From positions 7,004-71,003 of the forward strand of contig JAUZPI010000003.1 of the NCBI GenBank assembly GCA_030706015.1: a DNA stretch of 64,000 nucleotides. The letters are read 5' to 3'. Made by a program: the position numbers and the translations under genes. Every line of letters starts with the position of its first letter. The stretch's first letter is position 1. Origin of the DNA: Bacillota bacterium (GTDB lineage Bacteria; Bacillota; Clostridia; Clostridiales; Clostridiaceae). Of this stretch, positions 26,880-35,699 are shown piece after piece. The notes under the pieces were generated by a model, which was not told the origin of the DNA, did no database searches, and saw only the letters and a program-made list of their open reading frames with translations.

Positions 26880-26991
26880 TCTTTCATTCCACCTTCTACC
26901 ACACATTTCTACATTTGAAAGAAGGTTTCCTTCTTTTGTCGAATAAAAAAGAGCCTATCTAATGTAAGCCCTTTAAAACCAATATACTATT

Positions 26992-27313
26992 TTATAACCA
27001 TATTGGAACCATATCTATCCCTCCAACTTACCATAAAACAGGGTGCATTTTAACACTTCCTTAATCTACTAGCCATATAGGTGCCATAATTTTCACTTCC
27101 TAACGATACCATAATGGAGTCATATTATTCACTCCCATCCCACAGGCATATCACCATCTCCTTTTATCCTAATAAAATAGGCATGTTGTCACACATCCTT
27201 ATAAAAGTATTACTGGCAACTTAAACACTCCTTATAAAACCAATATAGGCATCTCTACCACTCCTAATGATTGCAAATTATTCGAATAATACTAAACCCC
27301 ATAAAATCGGCAT
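26992..27313 (-). other. Tandem array of nine SD-led minigenes (6-11 codons each)
   Basis: Hand reverse-complement gives these units. 27278..27313 MPILWGLVLFE. 27232..27252 MPILVL. 27199..27219 (TTG start) MPVILL. 27164..27184 MPILLG. 27129..27149 MPVGWE. 27100..27123 MTPLWYR. 27061..27087 MAPIWLVD. 27028..27048 MHPVLW. 26992..27012 MVPIWL. Eight units have GGAG, GGAAG or GGAGG 7-8 nt upstream of the start; the fourth has a weaker AAGGAT about 10 nt upstream. Stops abut or overlap the next SD. Confidence 0.6.
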
Positions 27314-27396
27314 ACTATCCCTCCTTTTTCTGTATAATTCTACAGCAAACAGGAAATTCCTTCTTTTATGACAATTGTTTGTTAATTAGTTTTCAA

Positions 27397-27528
27397 TTAC
27401 TTCTTATTAGCATATATCTGCCTATTCGTTAGCCTTTTACGTGCTTTCTTAAATTCACATGCCTTTTGGTCTTTATCGCAAGATATACAGCACTTATGAC
27501 ATTTATAGGCTAAAGTATCATCTTTCAT
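27397..27528 (-). CDS. 43-aa Cys-rich small protein
   Basis: GAAGGAG SD. Peptide MKDDTLAYKCHKCCISCDKDQKACEFKKARKRLTNRQIYANKK. ATGA overlap with the upstream ORF. Confidence 0.4.
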   Translation of the reverse strand: MKDDTLAYKCHKCCISCDKDQKACEFKKARKRLTNRQIYANKK

Positions 27529-27686
27529 CTCCTTCTAATTGCTCCCCTATGTCTTTTATAGCTATCATGCTTCATAAGGTTTTCAAAATCTTCAAATGAG
27601 AGGTCTTTTTCTTTATCTCTCACCTTACTGTTAAGTTTGTTGTATTCATTCGGCTGCTGCTCTCTTAATATATCTCCTAGTTTCAT
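27525..27686 (-). CDS. 53-aa hypothetical protein
   Basis: GGTGAGAGG SD. Peptide MKLGDILREQQPNEYNKLNSKVRDKEKDLSFEDFENLMKHDSYKRHRGAIRRR. Confidence 0.4.
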   Translation of the reverse strand: MKLGDILREQQPNEYNKLNSKVRDKEKDLSFEDFENLMKHDSYKRHRGAIRRR

Positions 27687-27711
27687 TACCTCTCACCTAC
27701 TTTGTGAACAT

Positions 27712-27731
27712 AAAAAGGGCCCTTAGGCCCT
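27712..27731 (-). terminator. Terminator of the ChW-repeat gene
   Basis: Minus strand: agggcc taag ggccct followed by ttttt. Confidence 0.6.
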
Positions 27732-27748
27732 AATTTTAAAATTTTAAA

Positions 27749-29191
27749 CTATTTTTTACTTGCATTAATAATTACTGCTTCCATTCTTAAGCTTTGTCCA
27801 GTTGTTCCGGCTGTTTGTCCAGTATAAACTAGATTTTGCCATCCAATATCTTGTACATGGGCTTGATAAGATAAATTATAGTCACTTCTCACAACCCCGT
27901 TGTTATCTACAATTTTTATTTCTAACGCTTCCATTCTTAAGCTTTGTCCTGTTGTTCCTGCTACTTCACCATCTTTAACCCATGGAAGCCAGCCTAAATT
28001 AGCAACATGTGCTCTATACATTATATGTAAATTATGATCATTATTATATGGTGCCTTAAATCTAATTCTTATAGCTTCCATTCTTAAACTTTGACCAGTC
28101 GTTCCTGCTACATTACCACTATCTACCCAATTTTGCCAACCGATGTTTTGAACATGTGCTTGATATTCTATAGCTGGTCCACTAAATGGAACATTTGTAA
28201 CAACTACTGTTGAATTATATACATGTAAGTATAATATTAGCTCTTGAATAGTACCATCTATACCTATAGATTGTATCTTTAAAATATGATCTCCAACAGT
28301 ATAGTTATTTGCACTTAATGTAACATTATATCCTCCGTTATTTGTTGCAGTATACGCTGGATAATTTGCGGCAACATCTGCTCTTGCTATGCCAAACTGT
28401 GTGTTATAAAACGCACCACCATCGATTGAGTATTTTACAGAACTGATTCCAGATTGATTTAACGCTATACCAGTTACCGGTACTGTATTAGTGAATATAG
28501 TATTTAATACCGACGAATCAACAGTTAGTACTGGGTTTAATTTAGGTATATCATTTTGTGAAATCAATTTTCCATCTGTATCAATTGCATCTAATTCATA
28601 TAAATAATCGTCACCACTTGTCGGATTAACATGATTAATTTGGATATTATGCAAACCATTTGTATTGAATGTGTATTCGAATGAGATAGCCTCTATTTTT
28701 GTATTGAAAGCGTTACCTGGAAGTATTGTTGCTATCGTATTTAAAACAACTCCATCACCAACTATCTGTTCATTACAACCAGCTAGGCTAGGGTAACTAG
28801 AATGTATTGGTTGAATTATTCTAATTTTTTTACCGTAAATGAAAAATTGTGTACTATTTCCGGTATAAGATCGAGTATATGTACCCTTGTACTCAGTAGT
28901 TGTATCACCGTTTACTAATTTATCATATTGCCCTGAATAATTGATGTTAGTATTAGAGAAATCATATCTGTTCCAACCTATTTCAGGCTCTTTGATTGTA
29001 TCACCTACTTGAGCACTATTGGCTGATGTATTATTTAAATTGTGCGTTCCTACCAGTACATCATCATAGTGTACATCTGGATTCACTGTGTCTGCTTTTA
29101 CTAAATCAGTTTTTCCAAAACCAATAAAAAACGACATAAGAGCAATGACAAATGCCATTACTAAACTAAACTTTTTTCTCATTCTTTTCAC
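27749..29191 (-). CDS. Secreted ChW-repeat (clostridial hydrophobic W repeat) surface protein
   Basis: Signal peptide MKRMRKKFSLVMAFVIALMSFFIGFG. Three C-terminal repeats YQAHVQNIGWQNWV..AGTTGQSLRMEAI.I. Confidence 0.8.
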   Translation of the reverse strand: MKRMRKKFSLVMAFVIALMSFFIGFGKTDLVKADTVNPDVHYDDVLVGTHNLNNTSANSAQVGDTIKEPEIGWNRYDFSNTNINYSGQYDKLVNGDTTTEYKGTYTRSYTGNSTQFFIYGKKIRIIQPIHSSYPSLAGCNEQIVGDGVVLNTIATILPGNAFNTKIEAISFEYTFNTNGLHNIQINHVNPTSGDDYLYELDAIDTDGKLISQNDIPKLNPVLTVDSSVLNTIFTNTVPVTGIALNQSGISSVKYSIDGGAFYNTQFGIARADVAANYPAYTATNNGGYNVTLSANNYTVGDHILKIQSIGIDGTIQELILYLHVYNSTVVVTNVPFSGPAIEYQAHVQNIGWQNWVDSGNVAGTTGQSLRMEAIRIRFKAPYNNDHNLHIMYRAHVANLGWLPWVKDGEVAGTTGQSLRMEALEIKIVDNNGVVRSDYNLSYQAHVQDIGWQNLVYTGQTAGTTGQSLRMEAVIINASKK

Positions 29192-29394
29192 TCCTTAAAA
29201 AATATTATCACTAGTAAAATAATACCATCCTTACTAATATACATCAATAATATAATTATGACACATAAATACATAATACTACACGCTAATTATTTTACGA
29301 TATTTTTCGTACAGTAAATTTAGTGAAACTTAAGATATTATTTAAGGAATTTAGTGAGAATATTGTCAATTACTTAGCTACCGAAATCATCGAA

Positions 29395-29436
29395 TTAAAA
29401 AAGCACCCAACCAAGACAAAACTTAGTTAAGTGCTT
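29395..29436 (-). terminator. Strand-specific terminator upstream of the ChW gene unit
   Basis: Minus-strand 13-bp stem gcacuuaacuaag/cuugguugggugc with three G-U pairs, then a UUUUUU run. On the plus strand the G-U pairs become C-A mismatches. Confidence 0.6.
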
Positions 29437-29557
29437 TTTAATGTAATCCCATGTGTACTTGACAATTAGTTGTATGTAGATGTTTGTTATTCTACAATGT
29501 TTATTTTAGCATAAGAATTTACCTAAAAAACGTCGATTTTGCGTCAATTTTGCGTCA

Positions 29558-29794
29558 CTATTTTTGTTTCAAATTTGTTTTTATTTTTTCAGCTATTAGT
29601 TTAGGTTCTAATTTTTCATATATTTCCTTGTACTCTTTATGATTCTTAGTAATTCTTTCTCTTCTTTTTCCACTTACCTTTTTGGTTATATCGAATATTC
29701 GTCCATCCCTAGCCTTAGCTGTTGTTCCAACTAAATCTTCTTTTTCGCTGTAATGAAAAGTTCCGTTTATATACTTGCAGTTAATTTTTACCAT
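29558..29794 (-). CDS. Hypothetical basic protein
   Basis: 78-aa ORF downstream of the late regulator. Confidence 0.5.
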   Translation of the reverse strand: MVKINCKYINGTFHYSEKEDLVGTTAKARDGRIFDITKKVSGKRRERITKNHKEYKEIYEKLEPKLIAEKIKTNLKQK

Positions 29795-29899
29795 TTCGCA
29801 TTCCTCCTTTATTTCACTTATATATTAATTAAGGAATGTAAAATTATTAACATATTTATTTATTACAATATAAGCAATTGTTATTTGATTAATTCTATA

Positions 29900-30430
29900 T
29901 CATCCTTTAATATCCAAGCACTTACATACTAAATTTACTATCTCTTTTTTCTTATTTCTTATAGTAGGCTCTGTTGAATTCAATTCCATAGCTAGGGTAT
30001 AATTTGAAATTTTTCTTATGTTGCCATATTTCATCTTAACCAGCATTTGAGAATATTCATCTAACAGCTTAATAGTACATTCGATATCTGTTATTTCTCT
30101 TTTGGATTCTCTTATCCTGTACTCCAGCTTGGCCTTTTTCTTCCTAAGGAATATTGCTTCAAGTTCTAGGTTCTCTATCTGCCTTATTAGTTCTTTTTCT
30201 GCATAACTTGTCCCATCACTAGAGCTTTGTACCCTTTCCTCATATGTTATTGACCTGCTTTCTTCCTCCAAGGATACATTATTATGCTTAATATCATCCT
30301 CAATACACTTTATTTGTTCCTCTAAGATTTTAACTTTATGCTCCATCTTATCTATATCTCTTAGCTGTCTATAGTATCTATACAGCCTACCTTCTGTTTT
30401 TCTGAATTGTTCATCACTTATTGGTATCAT
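29900..30430 (-). CDS. ArpU/RinA-like late transcriptional activator (sigma-70 region-4-like HTH)
   Basis: Start at MIPISDEQF (the track start at 30523 overlaps the upstream gene). TEGRLYRYYRQLRDID at the N-terminus and a C-terminal HTH ISNYTLAMELNSTEPTIRNKKKEIVNLV. Last gene before the late region. Confidence 0.5.
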   Translation of the reverse strand: MIPISDEQFRKTEGRLYRYYRQLRDIDKMEHKVKILEEQIKCIEDDIKHNNVSLEEESRSITYEERVQSSSDGTSYAEKELIRQIENLELEAIFLRKKKAKLEYRIRESKREITDIECTIKLLDEYSQMLVKMKYGNIRKISNYTLAMELNSTEPTIRNKKKEIVNLVCKCLDIKG

Positions 30431-30465
30431 TAGCAACACCCCTTTGCAATATATTATTCCACTTA

Positions 30466-31293
30466 TTAACCAGTTATCAAATTCATGGCTTTTCCTCTGT
30501 TTTCTTTCCTGGTTCCAGCCCATGATTTTCCTTCCTCTGACAATTCGATATTCTTCAGATATTCTCCAATAGCTTTTATTGTTGCAACATCGTTAAGTAA
30601 TCCAGAAGCTCCACCAAGTATATTCTTTATCTCGTATAGACTAGGTAACTCTAATCTATCATTGTCAGTGGTTATTTCATCGGGTACTTCAAACCCAAAC
30701 TCCTTAAATATCTCCCAAAGATTTTCGCACCATCTTTCTATTTGTGATTCTATTGTCTTGTCCAATCTCCTTGATATCTCCCATCCTATGTTTTTAGCTT
30801 TATGACTTAATTTAACGTTAGAATCTGCAATGATTCTATCCCTTAAATCCCTTTGCAACTTAGTTTCTTCATATCCTCTGTATAATAGACTTAGTATGAA
30901 ATCCACATCCATTTTAGAAGGATTTATACTTAATTTAGGTGATTTTATAACTCTCCATCCATTATCGTTTCTAGTAATTAAACCAACTTCCTTTGGTACT
31001 TCTTCTTTCTTAATTACTCCCTTAGGGCAAGCTATATACATCCTATTGCAGCAATCTAAATATTTTTGAAATTTCTTATCAGCTAACCAAACTCCCCTGG
31101 TTAATTTAACTTCATATAGCCTTATATCCTTTGTTGAGTACCTATGAGGTGTCATTGCTATAACATCTGCTCGAGAACCATGCATATTAGGTATTTGAAT
31201 TTCTGTAAAGGTTAGTAGTCCACTTTCTCTTAGGAAACAAGCCAAGTCCTCTTGGAGTTCTCTTTCATTTTTAAATTCATTAGTTTTTTTCAT
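30466..31293 (-). CDS. PD-(D/E)xK nuclease-fold protein (MmcB-like) candidate
   Basis: HGSRADVIAM...RLYEVKLTRGVW...YIACPKG pattern (D...E-x-K). Confidence 0.4.
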   Translation of the reverse strand: MKKTNEFKNERELQEDLACFLRESGLLTFTEIQIPNMHGSRADVIAMTPHRYSTKDIRLYEVKLTRGVWLADKKFQKYLDCCNRMYIACPKGVIKKEEVPKEVGLITRNDNGWRVIKSPKLSINPSKMDVDFILSLLYRGYEETKLQRDLRDRIIADSNVKLSHKAKNIGWEISRRLDKTIESQIERWCENLWEIFKEFGFEVPDEITTDNDRLELPSLYEIKNILGGASGLLNDVATIKAIGEYLKNIELSEEGKSWAGTRKENRGKAMNLITG

Positions 31294-31302
31294 CCTATCC
31301 CC

Positions 31303-31593
31303 TCATTTCTTCTTTTTTTCATATAGTGCCTGTCTATTCTTAACACGCTTTTCATACTTGCATAGCTTCTCTTTTTTAAACTCCTTTAACGTAAGGTTAG
31401 TTTCCTCTGCCTTTATCACCTCAGGAGCCTTTTCTACTTTTGCAACCTTTCTATGATTTTTCTCATACCTTTGAATATAAACGCAGTGATCTAACACTTG
31501 TACATTTCTTTCATGCTTTAAATTTCTCATTATACTTAGATACTCTTGAAAATTTGAAAACGGAATACCCTCTACAACTAGCATGTTAATCAC
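31303..31593 (-). CDS. Hypothetical protein
   Basis: 96-aa ORF in the early operon. Confidence 0.5.
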   Translation of the reverse strand: MINMLVVEGIPFSNFQEYLSIMRNLKHERNVQVLDHCVYIQRYEKNHRKVAKVEKAPEVIKAEETNLTLKEFKKEKLCKYEKRVKNRQALYEKKKK

Positions 31594-31916
31594 CTTCCCC
31601 TTTCTCCCTGCTCTCCTTTATTCCAAATCATTCTTAAAAATTCATGAATATACTTCAATGTTTGATACTTTCTGTAGCAATAATCCTTTAATTCAGTTTT
31701 ATTAATCTTATTACTCAAAGCTAATTTCCCAGCATTAGTCATAAGGCACGACCACCTATCTGCAAGACTTAAGGCATCTTTGCTTACTTGGAATGCAGTT
31801 AAATAATTCTCAGGTGTAATTTCCATAAACTTTTGCAGAATATCATAGAACTGGTCTGCATCCACTGGAAAACATTCATCTAATTCCGTATCTCTTTTGG
31901 TTATAGCTAATCCCAT
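31590..31916 (-). CDS. Hypothetical protein
   Basis: 108-aa ORF in the early operon. Confidence 0.5.
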   Translation of the reverse strand: MGLAITKRDTELDECFPVDADQFYDILQKFMEITPENYLTAFQVSKDALSLADRWSCLMTNAGKLALSNKINKTELKDYCYRKYQTLKYIHEFLRMIWNKGEQGERGR

Positions 31917-32411
31917 TTAATCACCCTTTCCTAAGCTTTCTATCGTGTATGCATATCTGCAATTACCTAAATCATCTCCAGGCTCAGGTATGCAGTGTTC
32001 TTCAAACTCTTCGTAAATCTCACATTCGCAGTGATTTTTCTTACAATCCTTGCAGTTCTTATCCATTATTAACTCAACTAGCTTGTAATAATCTCTATTC
32101 TTTTCATAGCAATCATCTAATTTACTGGATATTTCTCTGTTGTATTGCTTAATTGCGAATTTATCCTGTACATATACATAAGCTTCAACTACACTATTCG
32201 TAAATGTCTGTAATGCCTGATTACATTGTCTACTAGTTATACTGTCGAATGCCTTTTTACCCCATGTCTTTGCTAACTTGAGAGCCTTTATTTCTTCTTT
32301 GGTTAGATTATTTCTTTTAGTCCATGTTTTTAGAATTTCATCTATGTTATCAATATGTTTTATTAGAAAAAGCATCTGTACACGTTCATCCTTAGAAAAA
32401 TAATCTTTCAT
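31917..32411 (-). CDS. Hypothetical protein with a C-terminal Cys cluster
   Basis: GGAGGGG SD then ATG at 32411 (MKDYFSKDER). C-terminus CKDCKKNHCECEIY...C...C. Confidence 0.5.
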   Translation of the reverse strand: MKDYFSKDERVQMLFLIKHIDNIDEILKTWTKRNNLTKEEIKALKLAKTWGKKAFDSITSRQCNQALQTFTNSVVEAYVYVQDKFAIKQYNREISSKLDDCYEKNRDYYKLVELIMDKNCKDCKKNHCECEIYEEFEEHCIPEPGDDLGNCRYAYTIESLGKGD

Positions 32412-32499
32412 ATCAACCCCTCCATTTTTGCATACACATAGCTTGTACTCTTGCAAAACTGTTTGTACTAAGCCATGTGTACATGTTTATTATTGCAAC

Positions 32500-33519
32500 T
32501 TATTTCTCTATGTAGTTGCGAATATTCTTGATTAGCATATCTATAGATCCATCACCATTTCTAATAATCTCAAATCTATTAGTATCTTTATAAGCTTCCT
32601 GAGTTATGCTTAATTCAATATCTTTATCAATTTTTAACTTTTTCTTTTTTAACTTAGCTTCAACCCATTGCTTATCCACACTAAATTTTTCATCAACATT
32701 ACATTCATTCATGTACTCAACAAAGTTTTCTCTAATATCTTTACCTTGGCCCAATATTTCATCGGCCAACTTTGGAATATTAATTTTATCCTCTTCTATC
32801 AGTTTTTTATTAATAGAGTTTCTAATAATTTCTGCTGCGTCTGCATTTTCCTTTAAGCCACTTTTAATCCATTTATCAGTTGCATTTAGAAATTTCTTAG
32901 TTATATCTCTTTCATTCTCAACTTCGTAGCACTCTAGGAATTTTTCCTTGAACCAATTGGAGCTATATTCTTCTTCCTTGGTATCTTTAGTTTTATCCAG
33001 CACCATTAGGTCATAACTTCCATTTAGTTTCATGCCCTTTATAAATGCACATTGCTTTACTGTCTTAGGCAATGATGTTACTGGAATAATGTTCATTCCC
33101 AACTTGTTATCAACAAATTCAATGTTATGATGATAGTTCTTTGCATAATCCAGCTTGAATATTGCAATTATTGGTCCATACTCAGTAGAAATAGAAACTA
33201 CTAACAAATCTGCAGAAGGAATATTACATTTGTGTTTCATAATACTGAAAATATCCTTTGCTATCTCTTGGGATATCTCAATTAATTCCTTATGCCCGTT
33301 AATATAGTCGCTGGCTAGATCTTTAATGACTGAATCGTTATTGAATTTTGCATACTTCAATTTTTCATCTTTAAGACTCTTTGCAGTAATTTTGTGAATA
33401 AACATGTAGGTTTCATCATTAAGTCTTAGAGGATATTCATTTAAAATAGGTTCCCCTGCATTGCTATCTAGTGCATGTATTACAGCTTCATTTATGGTAA
33501 TTTCGTTTATATACTCCAT
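32500..33519 (-). CDS. Nucleoid-associated protein (NdpA/YejK, 37-kDa NAP family)-like
   Basis: The N-terminus MEYINEITINEAVIHALD and the size (339 aa) resemble the NA37 family. Confidence 0.5.
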   Translation of the reverse strand: MEYINEITINEAVIHALDSNAGEPILNEYPLRLNDETYMFIHKITAKSLKDEKLKYAKFNNDSVIKDLASDYINGHKELIEISQEIAKDIFSIMKHKCNIPSADLLVVSISTEYGPIIAIFKLDYAKNYHHNIEFVDNKLGMNIIPVTSLPKTVKQCAFIKGMKLNGSYDLMVLDKTKDTKEEEYSSNWFKEKFLECYEVENERDITKKFLNATDKWIKSGLKENADAAEIIRNSINKKLIEEDKINIPKLADEILGQGKDIRENFVEYMNECNVDEKFSVDKQWVEAKLKKKKLKIDKDIELSITQEAYKDTNRFEIIRNGDGSIDMLIKNIRNYIEK

Positions 33520-34010
33520 TATTGTTCTCCCTTCACATACATATCATAATAAGTAATTCCAACAGCATAGGCTGCCCAAACATCTTTAGCAAAACCGTAA
33601 AACCAATCAGGATTCTTCTTAGTACCCTTACCGTTCTTTAAGTCATGCTTAGCAAACCTGTCTATTAAGGCTCTTCTAATATTGCTATCATTAGCCCTGT
33701 TGGAATGGCAAAGATTTAACTTCTCTTCTTTTCTGTAGATATAAGTTGCATTCATGTTGTAGTATTCGGCCATTTCTTTATATCTACCTATCCATACACA
33801 TGTTTCAAATACTTCCTTACCTACTGCCATACCATAGCTATCTATCATTTCAATTACAATACATAGATCATATCCATACTTTTTAATATATCTTCTTAAC
33901 TCTTGCCTAACATTTTCATTTACATATTTCCCGAATTCTATTGGCTTCAAATTATCATCTATAAGCACAATTCCGCTTTCAATATTTCCAGGATCTATTG
34001 CTAGTATCAA
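33519..34010 (-). CDS. RuvC-fold Holliday junction resolvase
   Basis: (M)ILAIDPGNIESGIV...VIEMIDSYG acidic catalytic pattern. Confidence 0.6.
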   Translation of the reverse strand: MILAIDPGNIESGIVLIDDNLKPIEFGKYVNENVRQELRRYIKKYGYDLCIVIEMIDSYGMAVGKEVFETCVWIGRYKEMAEYYNMNATYIYRKEEKLNLCHSNRANDSNIRRALIDRFAKHDLKNGKGTKKNPDWFYGFAKDVWAAYAVGITYYDMYVKGEQ

Positions 34011-34174
34011 AACTGCCCCACCTTCTTCCTCATGGTTTTTTCCATACCTCTGTAGTGGATGTTATTTAATTCACTTTCCATTCGCCTTTCTTCATACATT
34101 TTGTTTTTCTTTTTCATTGCTATAGCATTAGATGTCCTTCTGGCTGCTTCTTTCCGTTGTTCCTTAGTCAGCAT
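34007..34174 (-). CDS. 55-aa basic hypothetical protein
   Basis: GGGAGGG SD. Peptide MLTKEQRKEAARRTSNAIAMKKKNKMYEERRM... Overlaps both neighbours by a few nt. Confidence 0.35.
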   Translation of the reverse strand: MLTKEQRKEAARRTSNAIAMKKKNKMYEERRMESELNNIHYRGMEKTMRKKVGQF

Positions 34175-34532
34175 AGAGCATCCCTCCCATGCATGATCGT
34201 ACTATGTCAATTCTCTCGTAGCCTTCCTTGCACCATGTTAATGTTTTTGTAAGCTTGTCTACCTGATTATGATTAATTCCCAGTAACTCTGCTATCTCCG
34301 ACTTGTGATAATATTCCTTGTTGAATAACTCAAACAATTTCTTCTGTAACTCTTTCTTGTACTTCAAATCTATTTTTCTGTCCCTATGAGGACTAGCGTT
34401 TCCCCTGTGGTGTTCTCCACAAAGATATTTAATATTTATTCTTGCACCTACCATATAGGAAGCTTGGGAACGATATACAATATGGTGTTCCTCTATTCCT
34501 GCAGTTGTGCCGCACTCTTTGCAGTATTCCAT
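34164..34532 (-). CDS. HNH endonuclease-like protein
   Basis: CKECG...EEHHIVYRS...YLCGEHHRG pattern. Confidence 0.55.
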   Translation of the reverse strand: MEYCKECGTTAGIEEHHIVYRSQASYMVGARINIKYLCGEHHRGNASPHRDRKIDLKYKKELQKKLFELFNKEYYHKSEIAELLGINHNQVDKLTKTLTWCKEGYERIDIVRSCMGGMLYAD

Positions 34533-34544
34533 TTTTTCATCTCC

Positions 34545-34853
34545 TTAATCGTAGAATCTGTTTTTCTTCCAGTTCTCAGGCCTTTTAATTTGAGGTTTAA
34601 CTTCACATTTTTCATTAAATTCCGCGCTAATTTCATCAATCAAATCTTTTAATGATTTTGGCTTTGGCATTATCCACGATGCTAAATATTGCTCACTTAC
34701 CTCAAGTTGTTCGATTTTTCTCCTTTGCTCTTCTTCCTGAGCATTTTGAATTATCTTGAAATATTCTCTTATTATCTTTGAACTCCTGAATCCAACACAT
34801 AGGATTACAAACTTATCCATCAGAATCACCAACCATTTTTCCTTAGAGGACAA
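34545..34853 (-). CDS. Hypothetical protein
   Basis: 102-aa ORF. Confidence 0.45.
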   Translation of the reverse strand: MSSKEKWLVILMDKFVILCVGFRSSKIIREYFKIIQNAQEEEQRRKIEQLEVSEQYLASWIMPKPKSLKDLIDEISAEFNEKCEVKPQIKRPENWKKNRFYD

Positions 34854-34952
34854 GCCGAAGCCTGTCCAAGATTATTGTATTATTTGTATATACAGATATA
34901 ACGGTTTATATAGTGTTACTATTGCTTAATTTGCTGTGCTTCTAACTAAGTT

Positions 34953-35054
34953 TTATTTAATTTCCTTTATGCCTTTTGCTATCTCTGGTATACATACAGC
35001 AGCAATTACAGCTACCATTCCTAGCATGCATAGAGCTTCTTTTAGACTAGGCAT
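34953..35054 (-). CDS. 33-aa membrane mini-protein
   Basis: GGAGG SD. Peptide MPSLKEALCMLGMVAVIAAVCIPEIAKGIKEIK. Confidence 0.4.
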   Translation of the reverse strand: MPSLKEALCMLGMVAVIAAVCIPEIAKGIKEIK

Positions 35055-35096
35055 GTTACTAACCTCCTTAGAGTCGTATTTTCCTTGAAAGACGAA

Positions 35097-35699
35097 CTAA
35101 CTAAAGTAGTCTAAGTTGCTTGTAAATCCTTTAATAATTTCATTTTCAATATTGACAAACTCGGTTACTCTTTCATTCAGCTCTTTAAGGCTTCTATCTA
35201 TATATTCATCACTTTCTTCATCATATTTAGAAAACCAATATTCTACATTATCATCACAACTGGTATTTTTAAATATTAAAAACGGATATTCATTTTCATC
35301 TATTTTTAATATTTCTTCTGCTATTTCATTAAATCTATCATGAATATGCTCTTCCAATTCGGTAGCATATTCTTTATTTGTTTTAAGAAACATCTTTATC
35401 GAATTTACAATAAAAACTTTATCTTTTGTAAAAAACACCTGTTGATTGCTCATTTCCCATAATACTCTATCTTCTTGAACTTCTGAATTGTTGAGTTTTT
35501 CATTCAGCCTTCCATGTATAGTTTTATCAAACATTGTAGCACTTAAAAAACTTCTTTTGCTTTCAAATGGTTTCTTTGGAATATATTTTTCTAATAAAAT
35601 ATCCCACGATACAGGAGAAAATAACCAAGAATTTTTAAATTCTATTAATTCCTCACCATTAAAATTTTTATCCATTACCCATAAACTACTATTGCTCAT
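35097..35699 (-). CDS. Hypothetical acidic protein
   Basis: 200-aa ORF flanked by non-coding spacers. Confidence 0.55.
   Translation of the reverse strand: MSNSSLWVMDKNFNGEELIEFKNSWLFSPVSWDILLEKYIPKKPFESKRSFLSATMFDKTIHGRLNEKLNNSEVQEDRVLWEMSNQQVFFTKDKVFIVNSIKMFLKTNKEYATELEEHIHDRFNEIAEEILKIDENEYPFLIFKNTSCDDNVEYWFSKYDEESDEYIDRSLKELNERVTEFVNIENEIIKGFTSNLDYFS

Noticed and set aside
26992-27313. Could the periodic ~35-nt units, or the iterons at 40576..40714, be a CRISPR array?
   Set aside because: There is no conserved 25-40 nt repeat alternating with unique spacers. The minigene units are degenerate and have SD-start-stop structure. The iterons are 9-16 bp and nearly contiguous. No cas genes are present in the window.
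30466-30523. The long N-terminal extension of the late-regulator ORF, overlapping the upstream gene
   Set aside because: The internal ATG at 30430, preceded by AAAGGGG, gives the conserved-looking N-terminus MIPISDEQF. The extension is an ORF-caller artefact.
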